The position numbers were made by a program, and so were the translations under genes. Below, one piece after another: positions 22,042-34,400 of a stretch of DNA of 64,000 bases (position 1 is its first letter; each line of letters starts with the position of its first letter). The DNA is taken from NCBI GenBank assembly GCA_030390025.1, contig CM059432.1, positions 46,006,001 through 46,070,000 of the forward strand, given 5' to 3'. Origin of the DNA: Squalus acanthias. Its lineage: Eukaryota. The notes below the pieces were generated by a model. The model ran no database searches. It was not told where the DNA came from and was given only the letters and a program-made list of their open reading frames with translations.

Positions 22042-24087
22042 AAGTACGAATGAGGGCGGCCACTCAGCCCATCCAGCTCATTTTATTCAAAGCGATTTGG
22101 ACAAAATAAGTTCATGAACTAAAAATAGTAAATGATTTTAATAAATAAAATAACATAAATGTAAATAATGTTTGTTGTCCCCCTGTTGACCATTGATGAG
22201 TTTACTTGTCCCCTTCCTATTTTGATGCATTTATCAACAGACACTTTTCCTGCTTTTTATTGGAATAGAACCCAACCTTTGAAGCTTTTTTTTAATCAAA
22301 ATCTACTTTGAAACGATGCAATCAGCAGGATAAAGAAAGAAGGAAGTACAATGTTTTAAAGCAGCTTTTTTAAAGTTAAAAGAATAGAAAAAAAGTATGT
22401 TGAAAAATAGTAAGATAAAAGTTAAAGAAAAAATAAAATTCAACAGAAAGGAAATGGGATGGGAGATAGAATAAAATGAGAAAGGGGATAACAAGGTAGG
22501 AAGAAATAAGGGGATGAGGGATGATTTTCACTTTATGCGGAGATTGGGTGGGAGGTGGACAGTGTGATTGTATAGCCCATCTCGTGTCCTTGGTGAGAGA
22601 CCTGAGCCATTTTGAGGACCATTTGATAAGCGGTCTGTGAGTGCTGAATATGACAGTAAGAAAACTGCTCCTGACTTTTGAGTAGCTTTATTAATACAAT
22701 AGTAGTTTGTTTCAGCACTACAGTACCTGGGATGAAAGCTCACAATACCATTCAGCTCAGGGATGCAGTCATATCCTTGGATCTGGCAGCTATGTAAGGG
22801 TTAACGCACAAAAGAAAAATACGCAAAAGGGATTTTACCGATGACAGATTTTGCTTTGAAAAATAAATTTGAAAAATGCACCGTGTATTGAAATTTCTCT
22901 TTGCACAAGGTTATTTCTTATCAGATTAAACAGAACATCATTCAGGTATAGCTGTAAATATATAATAATCTGTCTGTTAGTGTACCATGGTTTCAGTGTT
23001 GGATCTTTCATATTTCTGTATAAACTCCTTTTTAATAAAGAACAAATTTTATTTTCTGTATGTAATACACATTGATCTATTTTACATAAGAATGCACCAC
23101 AATTTCAATTAAAAAAAAATACATAAGGCATAGCATCTCACTACTGGTAAAGCAAGTTTTGCAAATAGGCAAGATTTACTAATGCACTTAGAATCCTGTA
23201 GAGACAATAAATTCTGGGAACTACTGCATCTGAATCACTGCCAACTTCATTTAAAGCATAAACCTAATGAAAGAGAATAGATTCTATTACATTTCCTCTC
23301 ACTGTCCCACCTGGCCACTGTGCTGCTTCCTGCCTACAAATGCAAGGCACATTCCACAGAAATCCCAAGCAATAACAGCAAGTCATCTAAAAGGTCCATT
23401 CATTGTATAAAAATGGCAGTTGTGTAAAGGAAGAAAATCTGGATCCCAACTTTATTTTTATTCTGAGAAATCTCCAAGGCTTTTCAACCTGTTAGGACTG
23501 CAGCGCATTGTCCACTGGCCAGATCTGTGCTCCAACAAACTTATCTCGCCCCATAATGCTACGTTAGCTCATTAGTAAAATTTGCCAGCACGCAATCATG
23601 ATGCCAAATTTGAGCGGGGTGGAATCTCCTTTAAGGTGTATATACCTTTTAGACTGAAAAATGGTTGGAGCAGAATCAACTCATTCTGTACCCAGGCTTC
23701 AAAAGTCTGACTGCACAGGGTCCTGCAGTAAAGGTTGGCTCAGTTGGTGGCTATCCTGCAATAAAGAGTTCAGCCAGAGCAGTATGAATAGAGGGGACAG
23801 CATGTATCAATGCAGACTCACCTGTGGCCAAAACCTGGGTCAAGGTAAGCAACAACATTTTTTGGCCTACACCAGGTTGCCAAAATAAGTGAGAAAACAC
23901 GTGACAACATCTTAATAGGTTACTTTTTAAGCTGCTTTATTGATTTTTATTGTAAACTTAGTAGACCCACACAGAAGGGACTCTGCCAACTGCTGATTTT
24001 TGTAAATGCAGAGGCATGATCAGAGCAAAGCTTTGTAACTCTACTACATCCAGTTGAGAATGTTAGTGATCAAACAGGCAGCTAATC

Positions 24088-27000
24088 AAAGGAGGAGGCT
24101 CCATAAACATCCCCATCCTCAACCATGGTGGAGCCCAGCACTTGAGTGCAAGAGAGAAGCTGAAGTGCCTTCAGCAAAAAGTGCTGAATGGATGTTTATA
24201 CTCAGCCTCCTCTCAAGGTTTACATTATGAATCTCAGAATCTAGAAATTCGCAGTCTTACCGCTGGACGTTAAGGCCCATCTCAGGGAAGAAAATGGCGG
24301 TCGCCGCACTTCCGCCCACTGCCAACGGGTCCCGTGGTGGCTGCCATTTTCGGCAGGTCGGCAGCACTGCTGTTGCCTGCGCTCACCAAAAGTATTGTTA
24401 TTAGTCGGAGCATGACGTCAATCAACGTGCAACACCGAGTTGATGCCTGCTCATCCATTTTGGATATCGTCACTCTCTTGCCGCCCTCTCCAAAGCACAT
24501 CCATGCGTGCAGCCGCTAAAAGCGCTTCAGCAGTGTAAACAGCCAGGACTATTATCTCCACGTAGCAGTGTTTATATTAATCGCAAGCCTAGGTCTTGAG
24601 AGCTAACCCTTGAGATTTGTAGGTAAAGTTTAATTTTTCTTCGGTGGTTTGCTTATTTGAAACTGTCCAGCCTGAAATTGTAATACTGCATGTAACAACT
24701 GGGAAGATGCAGAATATTGCAGGTGATTACTTCTGAGTGACTAGAAGAGTAAGCTTTAAGTTTGGATTAGGATTCACCTATGGATGTTCAGTGTTTTGAA
24801 ATCTGAAGTGTGAATTCAATTGTTTAAGTTATCAGATATGAGTACTCCGCCCTCAGCATGGAATAGTAAAAAGCCCTCAGTTGTCAGACCCTCCTAAGCC
24901 AGTGACTAAAGTGACCTCGGCATATCAATGAAATTATGACTACAGTGTAACGGTTTCAAACACTACAAAGCGCTGGATTTGATTGTTCCTGTCCTATATC
25001 TTTTTCTTCTTGCTACATGAAAATTGAAACAAGCATTTAAAATAAAGAGCTTGGCTTAGTCACTATTCCTTTAGAAAGACATGTGTGAGTAAAGTGCTAG
25101 GGGAGAGTCCTTGAAAGCATTACATGGCCCACCTTGGCTCAATGTCAAAAAAAATTAACTGTGGTCCCTTTAACAACAATGAATGCTGCATGCCTTCTTC
25201 ATCGCTATGAGAGGTACAGACTTCTGAGAATTAATTTGCCCTGTTGTACGCCCACACCCTCCCCCTTCTCCTTTGATCCCATAAAACCCGAAGTCCGATC
25301 AAACCACAGACTTCTCCCGCGCAGTCGACAGACTCCCCACAAATGCATAAACAATTTGCCTGTAACATTGATTGGTGAGCGGGTGGCAGGTAATACTGTT
25401 GTAACAATACGGCAACTGTTCTGTACATGGTCCACAGGTTCGCTTGTTTCTTCTCTGTTCTCCTTCATTGCAAGCTGGAAACAGACATGACCTTCAGCCT
25501 CCTGCTGAGCTTAGCGCTGGAAAAAATGCAAATTCTCCGCACCCCTGATATTAATTACCAGGCAGCACCAGAATACTGGTGCTGCCTGCGCTCTCTCTGC
25601 GGGCGGCCGTTAGCCTTGGCCGAAGCTGTTACCGGCAGATTTCCGGCGTACTGCAATTTCTAGGCCTCAGTGTCCAACCAATTCAGATCACTTCACGTGA
25701 CATTAAGAAGTATCTGAATGCATGGGACACAGCCAACATCCCAGCTGTAGTGTTGAAGACCTGTGCACCAGAATTAGCCGCTCACCTAACCCAAGTATTC
25801 CAGTATCGCTCCCTCAATGGGGTTCCAGGATTTTCACACAGCACTGATGAAGGAATGACGATATATGTCCAAGTCAGGATAGTGTGTGACTTGGAAGGGA
25901 ACTTGGAAGTGACGGTGTTTCCATGCACCTGCTGCACTTGTCATTCTAGGTGGTGGAGGTCACGGGTTTGCCAGGCGCTGCAGGGCATCCTGTAGCTATT
26001 GTACACACTGCAGCTATTGTAAACCATTGGTGGAGGGGGCGGATATTTAGGCTAGTAGATGAAGTGCGATGAAATGGACTGCTTTGTCCTGAATGGTGAT
26101 GAGCTTCTTGCGTTTTTGCAACTGCACCCATCCAAGCAAGTGAAGAGTGTTCCATCACACTCCTGACTTGTGCCTTGTAAGTGGTGGAGAGGCTTTGCGC
26201 AGCCATGAGGTGAGCCACATGTCACAGAATACCCAGCCTCTTACCTGCTCTAATAGCCACGCATTTATCTGGCATGTCCATTTGAGTTTCTGGTCAATGG
26301 TGACCCCCATGTTATTGATGGTGTAATACTTGGTGATGGTAATGTCATTGAATGTCAAAAGGAGGTGGTTAGGCTCTCTCTTGTTGGAGATGGTCATTGC
26401 TTGGCACTTGTGTGGTGTGAATGTACCTTGCCACCTATCAGCTCAAGGCTGGATGTTGTCCATATCTTGCTGCCTGTAAGGATGGATTGCTTCAATATCT
26501 GAGGAATTGTGAATGGAGCTGAGATCTACAATCATCAGCGAACAGCCCCACTTCTCATCTTTTGATGGAGGGAAGGTCATCGATAAAGATAGTTGGGCCT
26601 CGAACACCGCCCTGAGGAAATCCTGCAGCGATGTCCTCGGACTGAGATGATTGGCCTCCAACAACCACAATCATCTTGCTTTGTGCCAGGTATGACTCCA
26701 GCCACTGGAGAGTTTCCCCCCTAGACCCCATTGACTTCAGTTTTATTGGAGCTCCTTGGTGCCACACTCAGTCGAATGCTGACTTGATGACAAGGACAGT
26801 CACTCTCAACTCACTTCTGGAATTCAGGTCTTGCATCCATGTTTTGATCACCTTTGTAATGAGGTCTGGAGCCATGTGACCCTGGCGGAGCTGAAACTGA
26901 GTTCCCCAGAATCAATATCCTAAGGTTGACCATTGACCAGAAGCTTAACTAGACCTGACATATCAATAAGGTGATCAAAGGAGCAAGGCACGGATTGGGT

Positions 27001-27240
27001 ACTCTACAATGAGTGGCTCTCCTCCTGAACCCTCCAAGCCTATCAACCATATATAAGGCTCAAGCCACTTGTCTGGATGGGTGCAACAACATTCAAGAAG
27101 CTGTACACCATCCAGGATAGAGCAGTTAACTAGATATGAACCCTGCAACAGGACTCAATATCCAAATCCTCCATCACTGTGACTGAATGTATGATCTACA
27201 TAATGCACTGCAGCAACTCACCAAAGTTATCTCTCAAGCT
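24088..27240. mobile_element. Cluster of old fragments of a second LINE family (same as 28441-30107): plus 24088-24233 and 25667-25805, minus ~25812-26900, plus ~26905-27240
   Basis: LKTCAPELAA, FINDLPS-like and TIDQKL motifs shared with 28441-30107; many stops. Boundaries approximate. Confidence 0.75.
24238..25666. mobile_element. ~1.4-kb TIR element (probably Harbinger-related) inserted in a LINE
   Basis: Ends AATCTAGAAATT / AATTTCTAGGCC, flanked by TCAG on both sides. The LINE sequence resumes across it. Confidence 0.6.
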
Positions 27241-28232
27241 CACGGTTGTTCCACTCAAATGATTGTGGTAGAGTTAGCAATTGTACATGCCCAGGCAGCC
27301 ACTTCGTCACTAGCGGTAGGGCCTTCACTTGCAGGGCAATCTTTTGATCCTGCAGAAATAGGGACTGAGCCATCTCCATCTCTGAATAGCAAGTACTGAC
27401 ATCCAGCAGCGCTCCATCTCATTTGTCCCCCTCCTGGGAAGCACTTACAACAAATACAAGGTCAGGAATTAGAAGACAGACACTATACACTTGACTAAGC
27501 GGAAACACCAGAGCAAAATACACAGAATACAACAGTGCTGTAGGCTATGAGGGTTACTATAAGTTGCATTGACTGATACTAGAATGTGCCCTGACAGCTC
27601 TTTCGGTCTGAGACTGATTCAGGATGTTGTGCAGAAATCAGTTTGCATTCATGGGTACTGATGTATAGTTGTAATCTATGGAGTGAAAGTTTTATCTGGG
27701 AGGAGAACTGGTCAAGATTAATTTTAGGCATTGACAAGATAGATCTACCAAGACCTGCAGAGAAAGCCAATCATCTACAATGCAATATCAGTTGCAGTGA
27801 AGTTCACCCTTGCCCTCAACTTTAATTCTATGAGACCCTTCCAGGCAACAGTGGACATCTCAGGAGCCACTTCATTTATTTGCATTTATGAGAACCGACG
27901 CTTTCCCTTTACTACAATGAAAGACTCAAGACTGAGATATAGTAAATGTGGAAGAATTTTATACAATTGTGCAGCATTAAAGGTGATTAGTGGTGTATGT
28001 GTTTAATATGTTTTCCTTATGCACATTGGTTGTAGATGTACCCTACATTTCCAACTGCAAGGGATATAGAAGACCCATGGTTAACCCTGATAAACATGTA
28101 TCAGTACTATGGTTGGTTTATTGGAGTACATTGAGTTTAGAGGCGGTGCCTACTGTTAATTGTGCAGGGCTGAACAATGGTACAGATCTGCCATTGACGT
28201 TAGTACCAACTAGCTGTTTCTGCAACTTTTAA

Positions 28233-28440
28233 TTCATTCTTGGAATATGGGCTTCGCTGGCAAGGCCAATATTTATTACCCATCCCTAGTTGCCCTTGAG
28301 AAGGTGATATTGGGACTTCTTTTTGAGTATTTGAGCAGTTTGATACAGCTGAGTGGCTTGCAGAGGGTAGTTAAGGATCAACTATGTTGCTGTGGGATGG
28401 GAGTCACATACAGAACGGACCAGGTAAAGACGGAAGATTT
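28233..28440 (-). mobile_element. SINE 3' fragment (family of 43288-43640)
   Basis: Reverse complement of the tail and central part of 43450-43635. Confidence 0.65.
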
Positions 28441-30107
28441 TAAAAAATTTGTTCTTGGGATGTGGGCATCACGGGCAAGTCCAGCATTTATTGCCCATCC
28501 CTAATTGCCCTTGAGAAGATGGTAGTGAGCCGCCTTCTTGAACCACTGCAGTCTCTGCAGTGAAAGTACTCCCATAGTGCTGTTAGGGAGAGAGTGCTAG
28601 GATTTTGACCCAGCGACGATGAAGGATCGGCGATATACTTCCAAGTCAGGATGGTGTGTGACTTGATGGGGAACTTGCAGCTGATGGTGTTCCCATGCGC
28701 CTGCTACCCTTGTCCTTCTAGGTAGTAGAGGTCGCGGGTTTGGAGGTGCTGCCGAAGAAGCCTTGGTGAGTTGCTGCAGTGCATCTTGTAGATGGTACAC
28801 ACTGCAACCACGGTGCGCCGGTGATGGAGGGAGTGAATGTTTAAGGCAGTGGATGGGGTGGAAATCAAGCGAGTTGCTTTGTCTTGGATGGTGTCGAGCT
28901 TCTTGAGTGTTGTTGGAGCTGCACTCATCCAGGCAAGTGGAGAGTATTCCATCACACTCCAGACTTGTGCCTTGTAGATGGAGGAAAGGCTTTGGGGTGT
29001 CAGGAGGTGAGACACTTGCCGCAGAATACCCAGCCTCTGACCTGCTCTTGTAGCCACAGTATGTATGTGGCTGGTCCAGTTAAGTTTCTGGTGAATGGTG
29101 ACCCCCAGGATGTTGATGGTGGGGGATTTGGTGATGGTAATGCCGTTGAATGTCAATGGGTGGTGGTTAGACTCTCGTTTGTTGGAGATAGTCATTGCCT
29201 GGTACTTGCCACTTATCAGCCCAAGCCTGAATGTCACCCAGGTCTTGTTGCATGCGGGCATAGACTGTTTCATTATCTGAGGAGTTGCGAATGGAACTGA
29301 ACACTGTGCAGTCATCAGCGAACATCCCCACATATGAACTTATGAAGGAGGGAAGGTCATTGATGAAGCAAATGAAGATAGTTGGGCCTAGGGCACTGTG
29401 TTGAGGAACTCCTGCAGCGATGTCCTGGGGCTGAGGTGATTGACCCCCAACAACTACAACCATCTTCCTTTGTGCTAGGTACGACTCCAGCCAGTGGAGA
29501 ATTTTCCCTGATTCCCATTGACTTCAATTTTCGGAACCCGAACTGAGCATCGGTGAGCAGGTTATTGGTGAGTAAGTGCCGCTTGATAGCACTGTCGACG
29601 ACACCTTCATTCACTTTGCTGATGATTGAGAGTAGACTGATGGGGCGGTAATTGGCTGGTTTGGATTTGTCCTGCTTTTTGTGGACAGGAGGACATACCT
29701 GGGCAGTTTTCCACATTGTCGGGTAGATGCCTGTGTTGTAGCTGTGCTGGAATAGCTTGGCTAGAGGTGCGGCTAGTTCTGGAGCACAAGTCTTCAGCAC
29801 AACAGCCGGGGTGTTGTCGGAGCCTTTGATATATTCAGTGCGTTCAGCCGTTTCTTGATATCACTTGGAGTGAATCGAATTGGCTGAAGGCTGGCTTCTG
29901 TGATGGTGGAGACCTCAGGAACAGGCCAAGATGGATCATCCACTCAGCACTTCTGGCTGAAGATGGTTGCAAACGCTTCAGCCTTGTGTTTTGCACTCAC
30001 GTGCTGGACTTCGCCATCATTGAAAATGGAGATATTCATGGAGCCTCCACCTCCCGTTAGTTGTTGAATGGCCCACCTCTATTCATGACTGGATGTGGCA
30101 GGATTGC
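28441..30107 (-). mobile_element. 5'-truncated non-LTR retrotransposon (CR1/L2-group RT) with an internal deletion near 29530
   Basis: LKTCAPELAAPLAKLF, NYRPISLLS, QFGFR, FINDLP and MFADD motifs. 3' tail ...AGGGATGGGCAATAAATGCTGG...CCCACATCCC. Confidence 0.9.
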
Positions 30108-30235
30108 TGAGGGGCAAGTTGGCTAAGGTAGATTGGGAAACTACATTAAAAGGTATGACGGTAGACAAGCAATGGTTCGCAATTAGAGAATTAATACATA
30201 ATTTACAACAAATATACATTCCTTTAAGACACAAA

Positions 30236-31008
30236 GGGGGAAAAATTCAGCTGCTTGCGCCTCCCGTTAGCGCCTTAAGAGGGCGCTAATGGGGCGTAAA
30301 GCAGCTAACGCCCGGGCGCAGCGCCGCCCACGCCTCCCGAAAAATTTAGTGGGAGGTTAGCGGCGGCGGCAGCCGGTAGCGCCCTGTGGCGCTGCGCCGC
30401 CGGCGATGACGTCATCACCGTGCGCAGCACCCCGCTCGCGCCCCGGCCGTGATCTTCAGTCGCGCCCCCTGATTTACCGCCAGACGCTATGTCCGACGGG
30501 TTCAGGGAGGCGTACGTGCGGCCGGGGCGGCGATATTTAAAGGGGAGGTGGCAGGCGGCCATTTTTGTTGCTGGCCGCCTGCCAGCACCTGCCCCCGTTG
30601 CTGTCCCCGGCCCCCGTGAAGCCCCCCCACCGTGAAGTGCCGGCTGCGCTCCAAGAGCCCGGCACTTCTCTTGAGTGCCGGGCTCTTTTGCCGGCACTCC
30701 CGATCCCTGGGGGCCCAGCTGGGCCCCGGTTCGCGCTGCGCAGGGTCCCTCCCCTTTAAGAAGGGGAGGAAGGCCTGCAATACCGCGGCGCGACGTGCTG
30801 CAGCACGTGGCGCTGCGGCACGTAGCGCCAGGATATTCACTCGCAGCGCCCCAAGAGGGATGCGGGGTGCTTCCAGTGGCGCCCCGCTTCCCTCTTGGGG
30901 CGCAACCACTGAAGTTCCGGCGCGGGGCCGCTAATTTTTTCGGGGCGCTAAAAGTCGCGCCCCGGCGAGGTTAGCGCCCCAAATGGGGCGCGACTCAATT
31001 TTTACCCC
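30236..31008. mobile_element. Non-autonomous Harbinger element (MITE, 773 bp)
   Basis: TIRs GGGGGAAAAATT / AATTTTTACCCC; TSD AAA. The CR1 resumes across it. Confidence 0.93.
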
Positions 31009-31350
31009 AAAAACCCCACAGGAAAAGTGGTCCAACCGTGGCTAACAAGAGAAGTTAAAGATAGTATTAGATCAAAGGAAGAGGCTTATAATTTTGCCAA
31101 AAAGAGTAGTAAGCCTGAGGATTGGGAGGATTTTAGAATTCAGCAAAGGAGGACCAAGAAATTGATAAGGAAAGAGAAAAAAGAATATGAGAGTAAATTA
31201 GCAAGAGACATAAAAACAGATTGTAAATGTTTCTATAGGTATGTAAATAGGAAGAGATTAGTGAAAGTAAATGTGGGCCCATCAGAGGCAGAGATGGGAG
31301 AAATTATAATGGGCAATAAGGAAATGGCAGAGACATTAAACAAATACTTT

Positions 31351-32143
31351 GGGGTGATTTTGCCAATGGGGAGCTTTTGGAGGCGGGACTCCCACTTGTC
31401 GGGTTTCAGTCCCGCCTCCATCAACTTCTGGCTAACCCAGGCTATTTTCCCTTGATTGACCTTGTTAAGCCTGTCCAGTGGGCTTAGCAGGCCAATTAAG
31501 GGGAAGCCGGTTACAGAGAACGTCAATGTATGGCGTTTCGTCTATCAAAAATTACAGTGAAGCTGTCAAACACTGACATTCTCTGTAGTTTGATGAGGAC
31601 TTGAATTCAAGACCTCATCAAACATCTATCTTATGCAGAAATTAGATGGTTGTTGCATTGGAGAATGCAACGGCCAGCTGTCATCTCGACCGCGGAGGTG
31701 CGAGACTCTCCACATACCCACCGACTGAAGCCTGCAGGAAGAAACAAAGTTAAGTACACTTTTTCTAACACTTTGCACTTACCTCAGATACTCACCTCTC
31801 CACACTTGCACCCATCACTCACCTCCACAGCACACTTTTAGACCCCTCCGACCCCCGCTGACCCACTACTCGCCTCACTGACCTGGCGGATTTCGGCACC
31901 TTCGGGAAGCCCGCACTTGTGAGGGCAAAAAGGGGATAATCCTATTTTCTGTCTGTTAACTAACTGTTAACAGGCAGTTAATTGGCTTTAATCCCTGCCC
32001 GCCTCCAAGGAGATAGGACCCGGCGCGGGACGGCTACCCGCCTCCTGGCAAGATGGCATGCCCCCAAATTGGGCACCCGCCCCCAAATTCTGCCATTTTC
32101 CCGGCAGTCCTGCCTCCATACCTGCCTTCCCATAATTGCCCCC
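31351..32143. mobile_element. Non-autonomous Harbinger-like element
   Basis: Ends GGGGTGATTTT / ATAATTGCCCCC with GGAGGCGGG/CCCGCCTCC subterminal motifs. Flanks TTT/TAT do not form a perfect TSD. Confidence 0.7.
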
Positions 32144-32679
32144 TATGTCTTTACTTATACTGATTTCTTTAAGTTCCTCATTCTCTCTAGACCCTTGAGG
32201 GGCGATTTTCCCAGCCCCGAGGAGGCAGGTTGGGAGGCGGGAAAGGCGGGAAAATCGCAAAAACTGAGTGCGGGTTCGGAACCCGCCTCCAACCCTCCTC
32301 CGTGCAATTTTGCCGGAGGCGGTTTTGAAGGGTACAAATAGGTCCCGCCTCCAGCAGTCCAGAGAGGTTGTTAAGGGCCTCGTTATTTTTCCACATTTTC
32401 AGTGTGTTCCACGACCCTCCTAAACCACGCCAGCTAAACCTGGCGGGTTGACAAGTGGGTGGCCTCCTCACAGCTGCAGCTCCACCATTAAAACGGAGCT
32501 TTCATCAGGGAGCAGTTGCAGGTGGCAGAACTTTGCTTTAAAAGGTCTTTCAGCACTTTTAGCAGGCCTACCGAAGTTGGAGGTGCTGCAGCTTGAATCT
32601 ATCAACTGTGGGACCTCCTTGGAAGACCCTCTCCCCGCTTGCAATGAGCGCTTCCCCAACGGAGGCATCTGCAAGCAGC

Positions 32680-33973
32680 ATGGGAACCATTCATTTCCTT
32701 TCACCATGGAGCTCAGATTCGGATGAGGAGCAGCCACGGCAGCAGCAGAACCAGGCAGCTCAACAGCAGCAGGCAGGAGCCCCAACCTCCTGCTCAGCCA
32801 CCTGATGCTGTACAGGGCAGAAGGCGCCAGCGCATCGAGGCACCTCGCCGCAGGAGATACCCTCAACAGACGGTTTACAGACAGAGGATGAGCTACCTCA
32901 ACATGAGTGAGCAGCAGTGCCAAAGGAGGCTGAGACTTTCTTGAGAGGTTGTCGGAGACATCTGCGCACTGCTGCACCAAGACCTGGTGCCCAGAGGAAC
33001 GGGTGGACACCCCTTACCAGTGGCTGTCAAAGTCACCACCGCACTCAACATTTTTGCCTCGGGCTCCTTCCAGGGATCATCAGCAGACATCAGCAGCATC
33101 TCCCAGTCGGCCGCCCACAGTTGCATCACGCAGTTTACTGATGCCCTTTTTGCAAAGGCGCACAATTACATCCACTTCTCAAGGGATCAAGCAAGTGTCA
33201 CCGCGCGTTCACTTGGCTTTGCAAATATGGTAGGCTTGCCAATGATGCAGGGTGTCATAGACTGCACACATGTGGCCCTTAGGGCACCCCATCACAACCC
33301 AGCTATCTTTGTCAACCACAAGGGCTTCCACTCCCTCAACGTACAACTGGTGTGTAACCACAGGAAGGAGTTTTTGCATGTTTGCGCCAAGTTCTGTGGT
33401 AGTTGCCATGACTCTTTCATCCTACGGAACTCTAGTGTTCCTCCGCTTTTCAATCCACCAAACCAACTTAACGGATGGCTCCTTGGTGACAAAGGCTACC
33501 CCCTGAAGAAGTGGCTAATGATGCTGATCAGGAGGCCAGCTAATGAGGCTGAAGAGCGCTACAACGCCAGCCACACTTCGACCAGGTCCATCATCGAGCA
33601 AACCATTCGGTTGTTGAAGATGCGCTTCCGATGCCTTGACCGATCAGGTGGAGCCCTGCAGTATTCAGCAGCCAGGGTCTCCAGAATGGTCATGGTTTGC
33701 TGTGCACTGCACAACATGGCACATCGTCATGGCTTGTAGCTTCCTGATGAGCAAGTGGCTCAGTTCCAGCCCTTCTCAGATGAGATTGAGGATGAGGATG
33801 AGGAGGAGGAGGAGGAGGAGGAGGAGGAGGGGGCTGAGGAGGAGGGGGAGCAGGAGGAGGAGGAGCAGGAGGAGGACCGAGCGCCGGTCTATCGGCCAGC
33901 AGCAGCCGCAGCACGCGAGCATATGGCTGCCCATGATGTAAGGGATGCACTTATCCTGGCCAGATTTGCATAG
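32680..33973 (+). pseudogene. Harbinger transposase pseudogene
   Basis: GVIDCTH, LLGDKGY, IEQTI and CCALHN motifs plus a poly-E tail. Frameshift near the N-terminus and in-frame stops ending at 32944 and 33739. Confidence 0.92.
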
Positions 33974-34219
33974 GTTTCCCTTGTTGGCACATGTCCTTGG
34001 CTCCATCTTAAGACATGATAGAAAATGGACATGACTCTCTGGCATCCTTTCACTCTGGCTACCAACCTGACAACGCAAGTGTCGTGGAGCCCGCAATGTG
34101 GAGCTGCCTAAGGCGAAAGAACAGATGCCATCACGCCAACATTTTGCCATCAAATCATTTTTATGTTTTCCAACAGGGATGGCATTTCATCAATACACAT
34201 AAACATTCACCCAATCTAC

Positions 34220-34400
34220 ACACAGATCTGGAGGTTATATCCCTTGCCAGCTGGACCCACACAGCCTTGGTTTCTTTGGGAGGCCTCTTCCTCCCAAATA
34301 ATGGGAAGAGCACCTCCCTGCTAGCTCTCATCCCCTCAACCAACATTTGCAGCGCTTCATCCGAGAACCTCGGGGAGGCCCTTGCCTTGGAATTGGACAT
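34220..34400 (-). pseudogene. Truncated exon 1 of a Harbinger Myb-like gene
   Basis: MSNSKARASPRFSDEALQMLVEGMRASREVLFP...VWVQLARDITSRS; homology then breaks off. Confidence 0.85.

Noticed and set aside
33783..33875. (GAG)n tract and poly-R/poly-P ORFs
   Set aside because: This is the acidic tail of the transposase; the other frames are by-products.
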